Shown: positions 31,126 to 39,757 of the stretch, in pieces
Numbering within the stretch: the stretch's first letter is position 1
Layout of the letters: each line of letters opens with the position of its first letter
Notes under the pieces: model-generated
The model's database searches: none
What the model was told of the DNA's origin: nothing
Seen by the model: the letters and a program-made list of their open reading frames with translations, nothing else
Sequence record: MZ956761.1
DNA from: a phage
DNA: 64,000 bases
Strand: one strand, 5' to 3'
Made by a program: the position numbers and the translations under genes

Positions 31126-31133
31126 TATTTATA
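31126..31133 (-). promoter_or_regulatory. Late promoter TATAAATA (minus strand) for gene 51 operon
   Basis: TATTTATA on the plus strand, 18 nt upstream of gene 51 ATG; overlaps the plus-strand late promoter for gene 26. Confidence 0.65.
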
Positions 31134-31137
31134 AATA
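31130..31137 (+). promoter_or_regulatory. Late promoter TATAAATA for gene 26
   Basis: Exact TATAAATA 22 nt upstream of gene 26 ATG. Confidence 0.65.
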
Positions 31138-31158
31138 TGATAAATAAAGGAGCTAAAT

Positions 31159-31785
31159 ATGTATGAATACAAATTTGATGTGAGAGTTGGTTCTAAAATA
31201 ATCAACTGTCGCGCATTTACTCTTAAAGAATATCTAGAACTTATTACTGCTAAAAAGAACGGTTCAGTAGAAGAGATCGTTAAAAAGCTAATCAAAGACT
31301 GTACAAATGCAAAAGATTTAAACCGTCAAGAATCAGAACTACTGCTGATTCATTTATGGGCGCATTCTCTTGGAGAAGTTAATCACGAAAACTCCTGGAA
31401 GTGCATCTGTGGAACTGAAATACCATCCCATATAAATCTATTACATACACAAATAGATGCACCAGAAGACCTCTGGTATACACTGGGTGACATTAAAATT
31501 AAGTTCCATTACCCTAAAATTTTTGATGATAAAAATATAGCCCACATGATAGTATCATGTATAGAAACGATTCATGCTAACGGTGAAAGCATTCCAATTG
31601 AAGACTTAAATGAAAAAGAGTTGGAAGATTTATATTCTATCATCACAGAGTCAGATATTGTAGCTATAAAAGATATGCTTTTAAAGCCTACTGTTTATTT
31701 GGCTGTTCCAATTAAGTGTCCAGAGTGTGGAAAAACTCACGCTCATGTAATAAGAGGACTCAAAGAATTCTTTGAGCTATTGTAA
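31159..31785 (+). CDS. 26: Baseplate hub subunit
   Basis: 208 aa; AAAGGAG RBS; length as T4 gp26. Confidence 0.85.
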   Translation: MYEYKFDVRVGSKIINCRAFTLKEYLELITAKKNGSVEEIVKKLIKDCTNAKDLNRQESELLLIHLWAHSLGEVNHENSWKCICGTEIPSHINLLHTQIDAPEDLWYTLGDIKIKFHYPKIFDDKNIAHMIVSCIETIHANGESIPIEDLNEKELEDLYSIITESDIVAIKDMLLKPTVYLAVPIKCPECGKTHAHVIRGLKEFFELL

Positions 31786-32183
31786 TGGCAAATATTAATA
31801 AGCTTTATTCTGACATTGACCCAGAAATGAAAATGGATTGGGACAAAGATGTTTCAAGATCTCTTGGATTAAGGTCAATTAAAAATAGCCTTTTAGGAAT
31901 TATTACAACCAGGAAAGGGTCAAGGCCATTTGACCCAGAATTTGGATGCGATTTATCTGATCAGCTTTTTGAGAATATGACTCCTCTTACTGCTGATACT
32001 GTTGAGCGTAACATTGAAAGCGCAGTAAGAAACTACGAGCCACGTATTGATAAATTAGCAGTTAATGTAATACCAGTTTATGATGATTATACTCTGATAG
32101 TAGAAATACGCTTTTCAGTCATCGATAATCCTGATGATATTGAGCAGATAAAACTACAACTGGCTTCCAGTAACAGAGTATAA
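31785..32183 (+). CDS. 25: Baseplate wedge subunit / sheath initiator (LysM-like fold family)
   Basis: 132 aa [22 protein letters not shown]...; length as T4 gp25. Confidence 0.9.
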   Translation: MANINKLYSDIDPEMKMDWDKDVSRSLGLRSIKNSLLGIITTRKGSRPFDPEFGCDLSDQLFENMTPLTADTVERNIESAVRNYEPRIDKLAVNVIPVYDDYTLIVEIRFSVIDNPDDIEQIKLQLASSNRV

Positions 32184-32209
32184 TGCTTCACGTATAAACG
32201 TGGTATAAT
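32184..32209 (+). promoter_or_regulatory. Middle promoter for uvsY (MotA box TGCTTCA plus TATAAT)
   Basis: aaTGCTTCA, 13-nt spacer, TATAAT; late-like GTATAAACG in the spacer. Confidence 0.6.
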
Positions 32210-32249
32210 GAATCTAAGTCCATCCAATAACAATTGAATAGAGAACAAT

Positions 32250-32663
32250 ATGAAATTAGAAGATCTTCAAGAAGAATTGAAGAAAGATGTGTTTATAGAT
32301 TCGACTAAATTACAGTATGAAGCAGCTAATAATGTGATGTTATATAGTAAATGGCTCAATAAGCATTCAAGTATTAAAAAGGAAATGCTTAGAATTGATG
32401 CGCAGAAAAAAGTTGCTCTTAAAGCTAAATTAGACTACTACTCGGGACGAGGAGATGGTGATGAATTTAGTATGGACCGTTATGAGAAATCAGAAATGAA
32501 GACAGTTCTATCAGCTGATAAGGATGTTTTAAAAGTTGATACTTCATTACAATATTGGGGAATTTTATTGGATTTCTGTAGCGGAGCTCTTGATGCTATT
32601 AAATCACGCGGATTTGCTATTAAGCATATTCAAGACATGCGAGCATTTGAGGCTGGAAAATAA
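32250..32663 (+). CDS. uvsY: Recombination mediator UvsY
   Basis: 137 aa; length and position as T4 UvsY. Confidence 0.9.
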   Translation: MKLEDLQEELKKDVFIDSTKLQYEAANNVMLYSKWLNKHSSIKKEMLRIDAQKKVALKAKLDYYSGRGDGDEFSMDRYEKSEMKTVLSADKDVLKVDTSLQYWGILLDFCSGALDAIKSRGFAIKHIQDMRAFEAGK

Positions 32664-32887
32664 TGAAATATAGCATTGATGATGCTTTTAATTATGAAGA
32701 AGAATTCGAAACGGAAATTCAATTCTTAATGAAAAAGTATAATCTCAAGCGTCAGGATATTCGTATCCTGGCCGACCACCCATGCGGTGAAGATGTACTT
32801 TATGTTAAAGGAAAATTTGCTGGATATCTTGATGAATATTTTTATTCTAAAGATATGGGCATTGATATGCATATGAGAGTTATATAA
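32663..32887 (+). CDS. uvsY.-1: Hypothetical protein (74 aa)
   Basis: ATGA overlap with uvsY; symbol by synteny. Confidence 0.5.
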   Translation: MKYSIDDAFNYEEEFETEIQFLMKKYNLKRQDIRILADHPCGEDVLYVKGKFAGYLDEYFYSKDMGIDMHMRVI

Positions 32888-32890
32888 ATA
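32883..32890 (+). promoter_or_regulatory. Late promoter TATAAATA
   Basis: Exact TATAAATA overlapping the stop of the preceding ORF, upstream of the small Zn-ribbon ORF. Confidence 0.5.
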
Positions 32891-32915
32891 GATATATAAT
32901 TTAGAGGAGACAATC

Positions 32916-33083
32916 ATGTCAGATAAGATTTGCGTTGTCTGTAAAACTCCAATCGATTCTGCATTGGTTGTTGAAACAGACAAAGGTCCTGTACATCCTG
33001 GGCCTTGTTATAATTACATTAAAGAACTACCAGTTTCAGAAAGTTCGGAAGAACAATTAAATGAAACACAACTTTTGCTATAG
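32916..33083 (+). CDS. uvsY.-2: Small Cys-rich protein (55 aa, CxxC...C, possible zinc ribbon)
   Basis: ATG with GGAGA RBS; MSDKICVVCKTPIDS...GPCYNY; below the 60-aa ORF-track cutoff. Confidence 0.45.
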   Translation: MSDKICVVCKTPIDSALVVETDKGPVHPGPCYNYIKELPVSESSEEQLNETQLLL

Positions 33084-33106
33084 TGTGACCTTTAGTCTAT
33101 AGTTTT

Positions 33107-33135
33107 GGCCCTTCCTTTTTGGTTGGGCCTTTTTT
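33107..33135 (+). terminator. Rho-independent terminator after uvsY operon
   Basis: GGCCC...GGGCC hairpin followed by TTTTTT. Confidence 0.5.
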
Positions 33136-33138
33136 AAT

Positions 33139-33369
33139 TTAAAAGCTTTCTTCTACTTCATCGTCTGAATCTTCTAATTCAGCTCTTTTTCCTGCCAAAG
33201 CATCTCTCACAGAGATGTCATCAGTATCTTTTAATTCAGTTTCTTTAACTCTTTTCTTATAATAAGCTTCAAGTTCTTCTAGACCTTCTATCGTTTGACA
33301 AGAGGCAATTTTACCCATAAATTCATCAATAGAAGCTTCATAAAGAAATTGTTTAAATTCTAGTAACAT
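33139..33369 (-). CDS. uvsW.1: UvsW.1 (small helicase-associated protein)
   Basis: About 76 aa from internal ATG (track ORF starts at TTG); acidic C-terminus; immediately downstream of uvsW. Confidence 0.6.
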   Translation of the reverse strand: MLLEFKQFLYEASIDEFMGKIASCQTIEGLEELEAYYKKRVKETELKDTDDISVRDALAGKRAELEDSDDEVEESF

Positions 33370-33394
33370 CTTTTTCTCCAAAGGGCCGAAGCCC

Positions 33395-34906
33395 TTATAA
33401 ATTAACTGTTTTCATTACGTAATTAAATTTTTCATCTGCGTAGCGCTGAATACGATCAATGCCGTGTTTTAAAAGATAGTTCAAATGAACGTATTTCTTT
33501 TTCGTATTAGCAGATTTTGGCTTAACACCGCAATCATCTATGAGGTCCCAGACTGTTGCGATTGTTTTGGAACCATGCTTACGTAATACGCGACCTATTG
33601 TTTGCAATACAATAATTTTAGATTTAACACCGTGTGCTAAAACAACGTGATGCAGATTTTTAACTGAAATACCGGTAGAAAATACACCATAACTAGCTAC
33701 TATAATTATTCCTTTACCGTTTTCAGCTAAGGTTTTCATTATATTGCGGGTTTCGGTATCAACTTCCCCTGATACGTAATAAACTTTATCGTATTCATTT
33801 TTAATTAAATCGAAAATAGCTTTACCGTGCGATACGTGTTTAAACATGACAAAAGCGTTTTCATCTTTTTGTGCAAGCTTAATAGCTAATTTAGCGATCC
33901 ATTTATTTCTTTTACTGAGTCCAGTGATAATTTTTATTTCTTCTTGGTAAGTTTTTCCCTTTAATTTAGTAGTGAACTCATCGGGATAGCGAAGAAAAAT
34001 ACTATTAATTTTTAGCTCAGTTACTTGTCCATCTTCCATTAATTTAGAAGTCGTTACTGGCTTAAATATTTCGCCAAACATTCCAACATACTGCATGATA
34101 TTAGCTTTGCCATCACGTAATGAACCAGACAAACCAAATTTAAACATACAGTTATTTAAACCTGATATGATAGATGAAATACTTTTTCCTGTAGCAAGAT
34201 GACATTCATCATTCATCATCATTCCAAACTGTGAGAACCATTCTTTCGGTTGTTTTACTACAGTTTGCCATGTACCAACAACGACTGGTGCATCATTTTT
34301 ATATTTATCATCTTTTGATGCTCCGCCGCCAATTTTCTTTATCATTGCATGACTGAATAAACGATAGTCGACGAAGTCATCAGCCATCTGAGTTGTCAGA
34401 GCAGTTGTTGGAACAATGATAAGAATTTTACCTTCATAATTTTCCAAATAATACCGCGCAAGCAAAGCTTGAATTAAAGATTTACCTGCGGATGTTGGAA
34501 GATTAAGAATTCTACGACGATTAACTAATCCTTCGAACACTGCATCTTTTTGATACCAGTGTGGTTCAATTCTTTTATTTCCTGAATAGATTTCTAATTT
34601 AGAAAGCCATTCATCAAAATCTTTTCTTGATAATTCTTCTTTTTCGTTAATCTGTGGGTCAATCCAGGCTTTATAGCCAAAGTTATCACAGAACTTTTTA
34701 ATTTGCCCGACTAAGCCGAATGGAAGAAGACGATTATAATCTAAAAGACGGATTCGTCCATCCCAGTGACCATATTTGTACTTCGGATTAAAACGATACC
34801 CATCAGCTTCAAAGCTAAAGAAATCACGGAGTTCATGAAATGTACTTTCTTCACAATCAATTCTCACGTGACTAAAATCATAAAAATGTACTTTAATGTC
34901 AGTCAT
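33395..34906 (-). CDS. uvsW: UvsW DNA/RNA helicase (SF2)
   Basis: 503 aa; helicase motifs (GKS-type Walker A, DECH box NDECHLATG). Confidence 0.9.
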   Translation of the reverse strand: MTDIKVHFYDFSHVRIDCEESTFHELRDFFSFEADGYRFNPKYKYGHWDGRIRLLDYNRLLPFGLVGQIKKFCDNFGYKAWIDPQINEKEELSRKDFDEWLSKLEIYSGNKRIEPHWYQKDAVFEGLVNRRRILNLPTSAGKSLIQALLARYYLENYEGKILIIVPTTALTTQMADDFVDYRLFSHAMIKKIGGGASKDDKYKNDAPVVVGTWQTVVKQPKEWFSQFGMMMNDECHLATGKSISSIISGLNNCMFKFGLSGSLRDGKANIMQYVGMFGEIFKPVTTSKLMEDGQVTELKINSIFLRYPDEFTTKLKGKTYQEEIKIITGLSKRNKWIAKLAIKLAQKDENAFVMFKHVSHGKAIFDLIKNEYDKVYYVSGEVDTETRNIMKTLAENGKGIIIVASYGVFSTGISVKNLHHVVLAHGVKSKIIVLQTIGRVLRKHGSKTIATVWDLIDDCGVKPKSANTKKKYVHLNYLLKHGIDRIQRYADEKFNYVMKTVNL

Positions 34907-34935
34907 GTCTAAATACCATGTAATAAATATATCTA

Positions 34936-34943
34936 TATTTATA
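34936..34943 (-). promoter_or_regulatory. Late promoter TATAAATA (minus strand) for uvsW
   Basis: TATTTATA on the plus strand, 30 nt upstream of uvsW ATG. Confidence 0.6.
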
Positions 34944-34956
34944 CTGAGGAAATATT

Positions 34957-35637
34957 ATGATAGATAAAGATTATATTGCAGAGCTGAAGGCTCTTGATGA
35001 TAATAAAGAAGCTAAAGCTAAATTAGCTGAATATGCTGAACAGTTTGGTATAAAGGTCAAAAAGAATAAATCTTTTGATAATATCGTTAATGATATTGAA
35101 GAAGCCCTCCAGAAGCTCGCTAGTGAACCTATGCCAGAGACTGATGGGTTATCTATTAAAGACTTAATTGATGCTGCTGATGCTGCAGACGGATTAAAAT
35201 ATGACGATGAAGAAGTCAATCCAGAGGCAGCACTTCTGATTGATTCTCCGGTTAAATCTGACATTAAAATTGAAGTAGTAGAAACGGATAAAATTCTTGA
35301 AAATACCGATGTTTTGATTGAAGATACTCCTTTTGTTGAAGAAAAATTCGAGCAGGCTGTAGCTGAGATTATTGAATCTGAAAAGCCGTCTGTATTTACT
35401 CTTCCGGAAAACTTTAGTCCGAATCTTCAGCTGATTGGAAAAAATCCAGGATTCTGCACTGTTCCTTGGTGGATTTACCAGTGGATTGCTGAAACTCCGG
35501 ATTGGAAATCTCACCCAACTAGTTTTGAACATGCGTCGGCACACCAAACTTTATTTAGCTTAATTTACTACATTAATCGTGACGGATCAGTTCTAATTCG
35601 TGAAACACGTAATTCTTCTTTCGTAACATTAAAATAA
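34957..35637 (+). CDS. inh: Inhibitor of prohead protease
   Basis: 226 aa; position between uvsW and hoc as in T4. Confidence 0.8.
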   Translation: MIDKDYIAELKALDDNKEAKAKLAEYAEQFGIKVKKNKSFDNIVNDIEEALQKLASEPMPETDGLSIKDLIDAADAADGLKYDDEEVNPEAALLIDSPVKSDIKIEVVETDKILENTDVLIEDTPFVEEKFEQAVAEIIESEKPSVFTLPENFSPNLQLIGKNPGFCTVPWWIYQWIAETPDWKSHPTSFEHASAHQTLFSLIYYINRDGSVLIRETRNSSFVTLK

Positions 35638-35646
35638 GGATAACTT

Positions 35647-36777
35647 ATGGCTTTTACAGTTGATATAACTCCTAAAACACCTACTGGAGTTATAGATCAG
35701 ACTCAGCAGTTTACTGCTACACCCAGTGGTCAAACTGGAGATGGACCTATTACATATGCTTGGACTGTAGACGACGCTCCGCAGGAAGAAACGTCAGCAA
35801 CTTTTAGTTATGTACTAAAAGGACCTGCCGGTCAAAAGACTATTAAAGTCGTTGCAACCAATCAAGTTGCAGAATCTGAACCTGAAACAGCTGAAATTAG
35901 TACAACTATCACGGTTCAAAATAAAACACAGACAACTACCTTAGCAGTAACTCCTGATAGTCCTTCAGCTGGAGTAATTGGAACCCCAGTTCAATTTACT
36001 GCTGCCTTAGCTTCACAGCCGCCAGGTGCATCTGCTACGTATCAATGGCACGTTGACGGTTCTCCTGTAAGCGAAGCAACTGACGCTACATTCAATTACA
36101 CTCCTGACACAAGCGGAGTTAAAACAATTAAGTGTGTAGCTCAAGTAACCGCGACAGATTATGATACAAAGGAAGTTACTTCCAATGAAGTGTCACTGAC
36201 TGTTAATAAGAAGACAATGAATCCACAAGTTACATTGACTCCTCCTTCTATTAACGTTCAGCAAGATGCTTCGGCTACATTTACTGCTAATGTTACGGAT
36301 GCTCCAGAAGAAGCACAAATCGAATATTCATGGAAGAAAGATTCTTCTCCAGTAGAAGGGTCAACTAATGTATACACGGTTGATACATCATCTATTGGAA
36401 GTCAAACTATTGAAGTTACTGCAACTGTTACTGCTACTGATTATGATAGCAAAACTATCACAGCAGAAGGTCAAGTTCAGGTAACTGATAAAGTTGCTCC
36501 AGAACCAGAAGGTGAATTGCCTTATGTTCATCCTCTTCCACATCGTACTTCAGCTTATATCTGGTGCGGTTGGTGGGTTATGGATGAAATCCAAAAAATG
36601 ACCGAAGAAGGTAAAGATTGGAAAACTGAAGATCCAGATAGTAAATACTACCTGCATCGTTACACCCTTCAGAAGATGATGAAAGACTATCCAGAAGTTG
36701 ATGTTCAAGAATCACGTAATGGATACATCATTCATAAAACTGCTTTAGAAACTGGTATCATCTATACCTATCCATAA
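35647..36777 (+). CDS. hoc: Highly immunogenic outer capsid protein Hoc (tandem Ig-like domains)
   Basis: 376 aa; three to four internal repeats of an Ig-like module (e.g. ..ITYAWTVDDAPQEETSATFSYV.., ..ATYQWHVDGSPVSEATDATFNYT.., ..EYSWKKDSSPVEGSTNVYTV..). Confidence 0.9.
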   Translation: MAFTVDITPKTPTGVIDQTQQFTATPSGQTGDGPITYAWTVDDAPQEETSATFSYVLKGPAGQKTIKVVATNQVAESEPETAEISTTITVQNKTQTTTLAVTPDSPSAGVIGTPVQFTAALASQPPGASATYQWHVDGSPVSEATDATFNYTPDTSGVKTIKCVAQVTATDYDTKEVTSNEVSLTVNKKTMNPQVTLTPPSINVQQDASATFTANVTDAPEEAQIEYSWKKDSSPVEGSTNVYTVDTSSIGSQTIEVTATVTATDYDSKTITAEGQVQVTDKVAPEPEGELPYVHPLPHRTSAYIWCGWWVMDEIQKMTEEGKDWKTEDPDSKYYLHRYTLQKMMKDYPEVDVQESRNGYIIHKTALETGIIYTYP

Positions 36778-36782
36778 TCATA

Positions 36783-36809
36783 AGGGGCTTCGGCCCCTTT
36801 CTTCATTTT
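36783..36809 (+). terminator. Rho-independent terminator after hoc
   Basis: AGGGGC-TTCG-GCCCCT hairpin followed by T-rich tract. Confidence 0.7.
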
Positions 36810-36866
36810 GAAAGCACACAAAACACACTCAGAAAATGATGTATATAATGGCACCAACTCGATAAC

Positions 36867-37082
36867 ATGAGATTGATTATGAGAACTGAGGTTGTGGTGT
36901 TTACTCTTCATGAGTCTGGAAAGTCATTCATTGAAATTGCTCGTGAATTGAACTTACAGGCAAAGGAAGTGGCTGTATTATGGGCTCGAGCTATGACTGC
37001 TAAGAATAAATTTGAAACTCGAGAAAAAGTTGTCTATAGAAAAAGGCATATTAATAAAAAGGTGAAAAATGGAACAGTATGA
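36867..37082 (+). CDS. 24.3: Hypothetical protein (71 aa)
   Basis: ATG ORF; symbol by synteny. Confidence 0.5.
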   Translation: MRLIMRTEVVVFTLHESGKSFIEIARELNLQAKEVAVLWARAMTAKNKFETREKVVYRKRHINKKVKNGTV

Positions 37083-37347
37083 TCTTTATGAAAATGAATC
37101 TTTTGCTAATCAATTACGTGAAAAAGCACTTAAAAGTAAACAGTTTAAACTAGAGTGTTTTATTAAAGATTTTTCGGAACTTGCTAATAAAGCAGCTGAA
37201 CAAGGTAAAACATATTTTAGTTATTATTGTACTGCTCGCGATAAATTGATTACTGAAGAAATTGGTGATTGGCTGAGAAAAGAAGGATTTAGCTTTAAAG
37301 TCAATAGTGATCAGCGTGATGGTGATTGGTTAGAAATTACATTTTGA
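37069..37347 (+). CDS. 24.2: Hypothetical protein (92 aa)
   Basis: ATG ORF; symbol by synteny. Confidence 0.5.
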   Translation: MEQYDLYENESFANQLREKALKSKQFKLECFIKDFSELANKAAEQGKTYFSYYCTARDKLITEEIGDWLRKEGFSFKVNSDQRDGDWLEITF

Positions 37348-37356
37348 GGATTAATT

Positions 37357-38361
37357 ATGTTTAAAAAGTATAGCAGTCTTGAAAATCATTACAACTCTAA
37401 ATTTATTGAAAAACTTTACAGTTTAGGATTGACTGGCGGCGAATGGGTAGCTCGTGAAAAGATTCATGGTACAAATTTCTCGCTAATTATTGAGCGTGAT
37501 AAAGTAACTTGTGCTAAACGTACTGGTCCTATTCTTCCTGCTGAAGATTTCTTTGGGTATGAAATTATTTTGAAGAATTACGCTGATTCCATTAAAGCAG
37601 TACAAGAAATTATGGAAACTTCAGCGGTTGTATCTTATCAAGTCTTTGGTGAATTCGCCGGACCTGGCATTCAGAAGAATGTCGATTATGGTGATAAAGA
37701 TTTTTATGTATTTGACATTATTGTTACTACCGAAAGTGGTGATGTGACTTATGTCGATGATTATATGATGGAATCATTCTGTAATAAATTTAAATTTAAA
37801 ATGGCTCCACTTTTAGGTCGCGGTAAATTTGAAGAGCTGATTAAATTGCCAAATGATTTAGATTCTGTCGTACAGGATTATAATTTTACGGTAGACAATG
37901 CTGGATTAGTTGATGCAAATAAATGCATTTGGAATGCCGAAGCAAAAGGCGAAGTATTTACCGCTGAAGGATATGTATTGAAACCTTGCTATCCTTCTTG
38001 GATGCCTAATGGTAATCGCGTAGCTATCAAATGCAAGAACTCTAAATTCAGTGAAAAGAAAAAGTCTGATAAGCCTATTAAAGCTAAAGTTGAGTTGTCA
38101 GAAGCTGATAATAAATTGCTGGGAATTTTAGCTTGTTACGTTACACTGAACCGAGTAAATAACGTTATTTCTAAAATTGGCGAAATTGGTCCAAAAGATT
38201 TTGGAAAGGTGATGGGACTAACGGTTCAAGATATTTTGGAAGAAACTTCTCGTGAAGGTATTACTCTAACTCAAGCGGATAATCCTTCTTTGATTAAGAA
38301 GGAATTAGTTAAAATGGTACAAGATGTACTTCGTCCGGCTTGGATTGAATTGGTAAGTTAA
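37357..38361 (+). CDS. rnlB: RNA ligase 2
   Basis: 334 aa [20 protein letters not shown]..; nucleotidyltransferase lysine motif KIHGTN (EKIHGTNFS). Confidence 0.9.
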   Translation: MFKKYSSLENHYNSKFIEKLYSLGLTGGEWVAREKIHGTNFSLIIERDKVTCAKRTGPILPAEDFFGYEIILKNYADSIKAVQEIMETSAVVSYQVFGEFAGPGIQKNVDYGDKDFYVFDIIVTTESGDVTYVDDYMMESFCNKFKFKMAPLLGRGKFEELIKLPNDLDSVVQDYNFTVDNAGLVDANKCIWNAEAKGEVFTAEGYVLKPCYPSWMPNGNRVAIKCKNSKFSEKKKSDKPIKAKVELSEADNKLLGILACYVTLNRVNNVISKIGEIGPKDFGKVMGLTVQDILEETSREGITLTQADNPSLIKKELVKMVQDVLRPAWIELVS

Positions 38362-38367
38362 ATAAAA

Positions 38368-38394
38368 AGGGACCTTTCGGTCCCTTTGTTTTAT
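38368..38394. terminator. Bidirectional terminator between rnlB and gene 24
   Basis: AGGGACC-TTTC-GGTCCCT hairpin with flanking T/A runs. Confidence 0.65.
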
Positions 38395-39674
38395 TCATCA
38401 ATGATAATTTTTGGTAGTTTAACACCTAATAAAACAGACAAATCTGAACGACCCGCCATTTTATCCATGTCTCCACCGTCAATTACTCTTGCTTCTTTTT
38501 CATCTTTTGCTACAGTGTAAGGATTTGCAGATAAAGCATATCTAACTAATAAACCGATAGATGGCTGCAAACTTTCTGGATCGACTACAACTTTAAATGC
38601 ACCTACATGTTCAGGGTCATCTAAGTCAAGACCTTCTGTATACGGAGCATAGAAAATTGACCCAACAATTTCTTTTTCACCGATATTTTCTACTACGCCA
38701 ACGATTACATAATCTAATGGGCTGTTGGTATCGCAATAAAGTGGTAAACCATTAGCTAAGAACCCGTAGGCATTTTGTGAAAGATATTTGTCATCTTCTG
38801 GTTTATGTTTTAACCAACCTGATGCAGCAAGAATCGCAGCAGCACGAGCTGAAGCAACACAGAACGTTGCAGTATAAGTTGATTCTTTTTGGATATGCGA
38901 AACCATTTCACATACCATTCGGTATAATGAACGACCAGCTTCAGGCGCAGATGCATAACTCAAATCAATGAATCCAGTATCAGTAATTCCTGTAACTTTA
39001 TAGCGTTTTGACACTGTAATCAAAGACTGCAGAATATCTTTATTGATTTCATCTGCCATTTCGGTTGCAAGCAAATCTTCCAAGAAATTAGGAGCATCGA
39101 ATCCGTTTGCTTCTAAATCTTGTGCTAATTCAACTGTGATGCCAGTTTTAAGTTTACGAGATTTAACTGCGGTTTGCCATTTATTAATCTGGAATCTAGC
39201 ATCCGCAATTTCACTATCAGAGCTTTCAAATTTGCTTGTTACTGCAGCATCAGAAAATAGACGAACCTTTAAAAGAACAATTGCAATCTGAAGAGCTAAT
39301 TCTAAATCACTTTCTTCAATATCAGCAAATGGTGTATCTTCTAATACTTTATAAACGATATTATTATATTTGAATAAATCGCCTTTATTGAGAGTTAATT
39401 TAGACTCTTCTGTTAATTCTGTGATTTGTTCTCGGTCTACGTATCCAGCTTCGCCGGCGTAAGTAGCACCAGTTTTAAATGTAAATTCGTTATCTGGGTT
39501 AAGGTATTTGATACCATAAAAAGCAGCAACAGGTTGATTAGTTCTTTGCGTTGCTACAATGTCAGAATATATTAATTTAGTGGTAGCGCGAGTCAAAGCA
39601 ACGAGATTTGGGCGACCGATTGAGTTGCTATTCGTTGTGGTTGATTCGCGCAGAAGTTCGTTGATTTTAGCCAT
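38391..39674 (-). CDS. 24: Head vertex protein
   Basis: 427 aa; paralog of the major capsid protein; length as T4 gp24. Confidence 0.95.
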   Translation of the reverse strand: MAKINELLRESTTTNSNSIGRPNLVALTRATTKLIYSDIVATQRTNQPVAAFYGIKYLNPDNEFTFKTGATYAGEAGYVDREQITELTEESKLTLNKGDLFKYNNIVYKVLEDTPFADIEESDLELALQIAIVLLKVRLFSDAAVTSKFESSDSEIADARFQINKWQTAVKSRKLKTGITVELAQDLEANGFDAPNFLEDLLATEMADEINKDILQSLITVSKRYKVTGITDTGFIDLSYASAPEAGRSLYRMVCEMVSHIQKESTYTATFCVASARAAAILAASGWLKHKPEDDKYLSQNAYGFLANGLPLYCDTNSPLDYVIVGVVENIGEKEIVGSIFYAPYTEGLDLDDPEHVGAFKVVVDPESLQPSIGLLVRYALSANPYTVAKDEKEARVIDGGDMDKMAGRSDLSVLLGVKLPKIIIDE

Positions 39675-39701
39675 TGCGCTTTCCTTTTGGTTTATATGAT
39701 T

Positions 39702-39709
39702 TATTTATA
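39702..39709 (-). promoter_or_regulatory. Late promoter TATAAATA (minus strand) for gene 24
   Basis: TATTTATA on the plus strand, about 28 nt upstream of gene 24 ATG. Confidence 0.65.
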
Positions 39710-39725
39710 CCATAAAAACAACTAA

Positions 39726-39743
39726 AGGGACCCGAAGGTCCCT
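39726..39743 (-). terminator. Terminator hairpin after gene 23
   Basis: GGGACC-TTCG-GGTCCC on the minus strand followed by TTTAGTTGTTTTT. Confidence 0.7.
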
Positions 39744-39757
39744 TAAATCGTCAAAGA

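Noticed and set aside
35194-35547. Minus-strand 117-aa ORF antisense to inh (and 34971-35264)
   Set aside because: Antisense to a syntenically supported late gene; basic, low-complexity translation typical of antisense AT-rich sequence.
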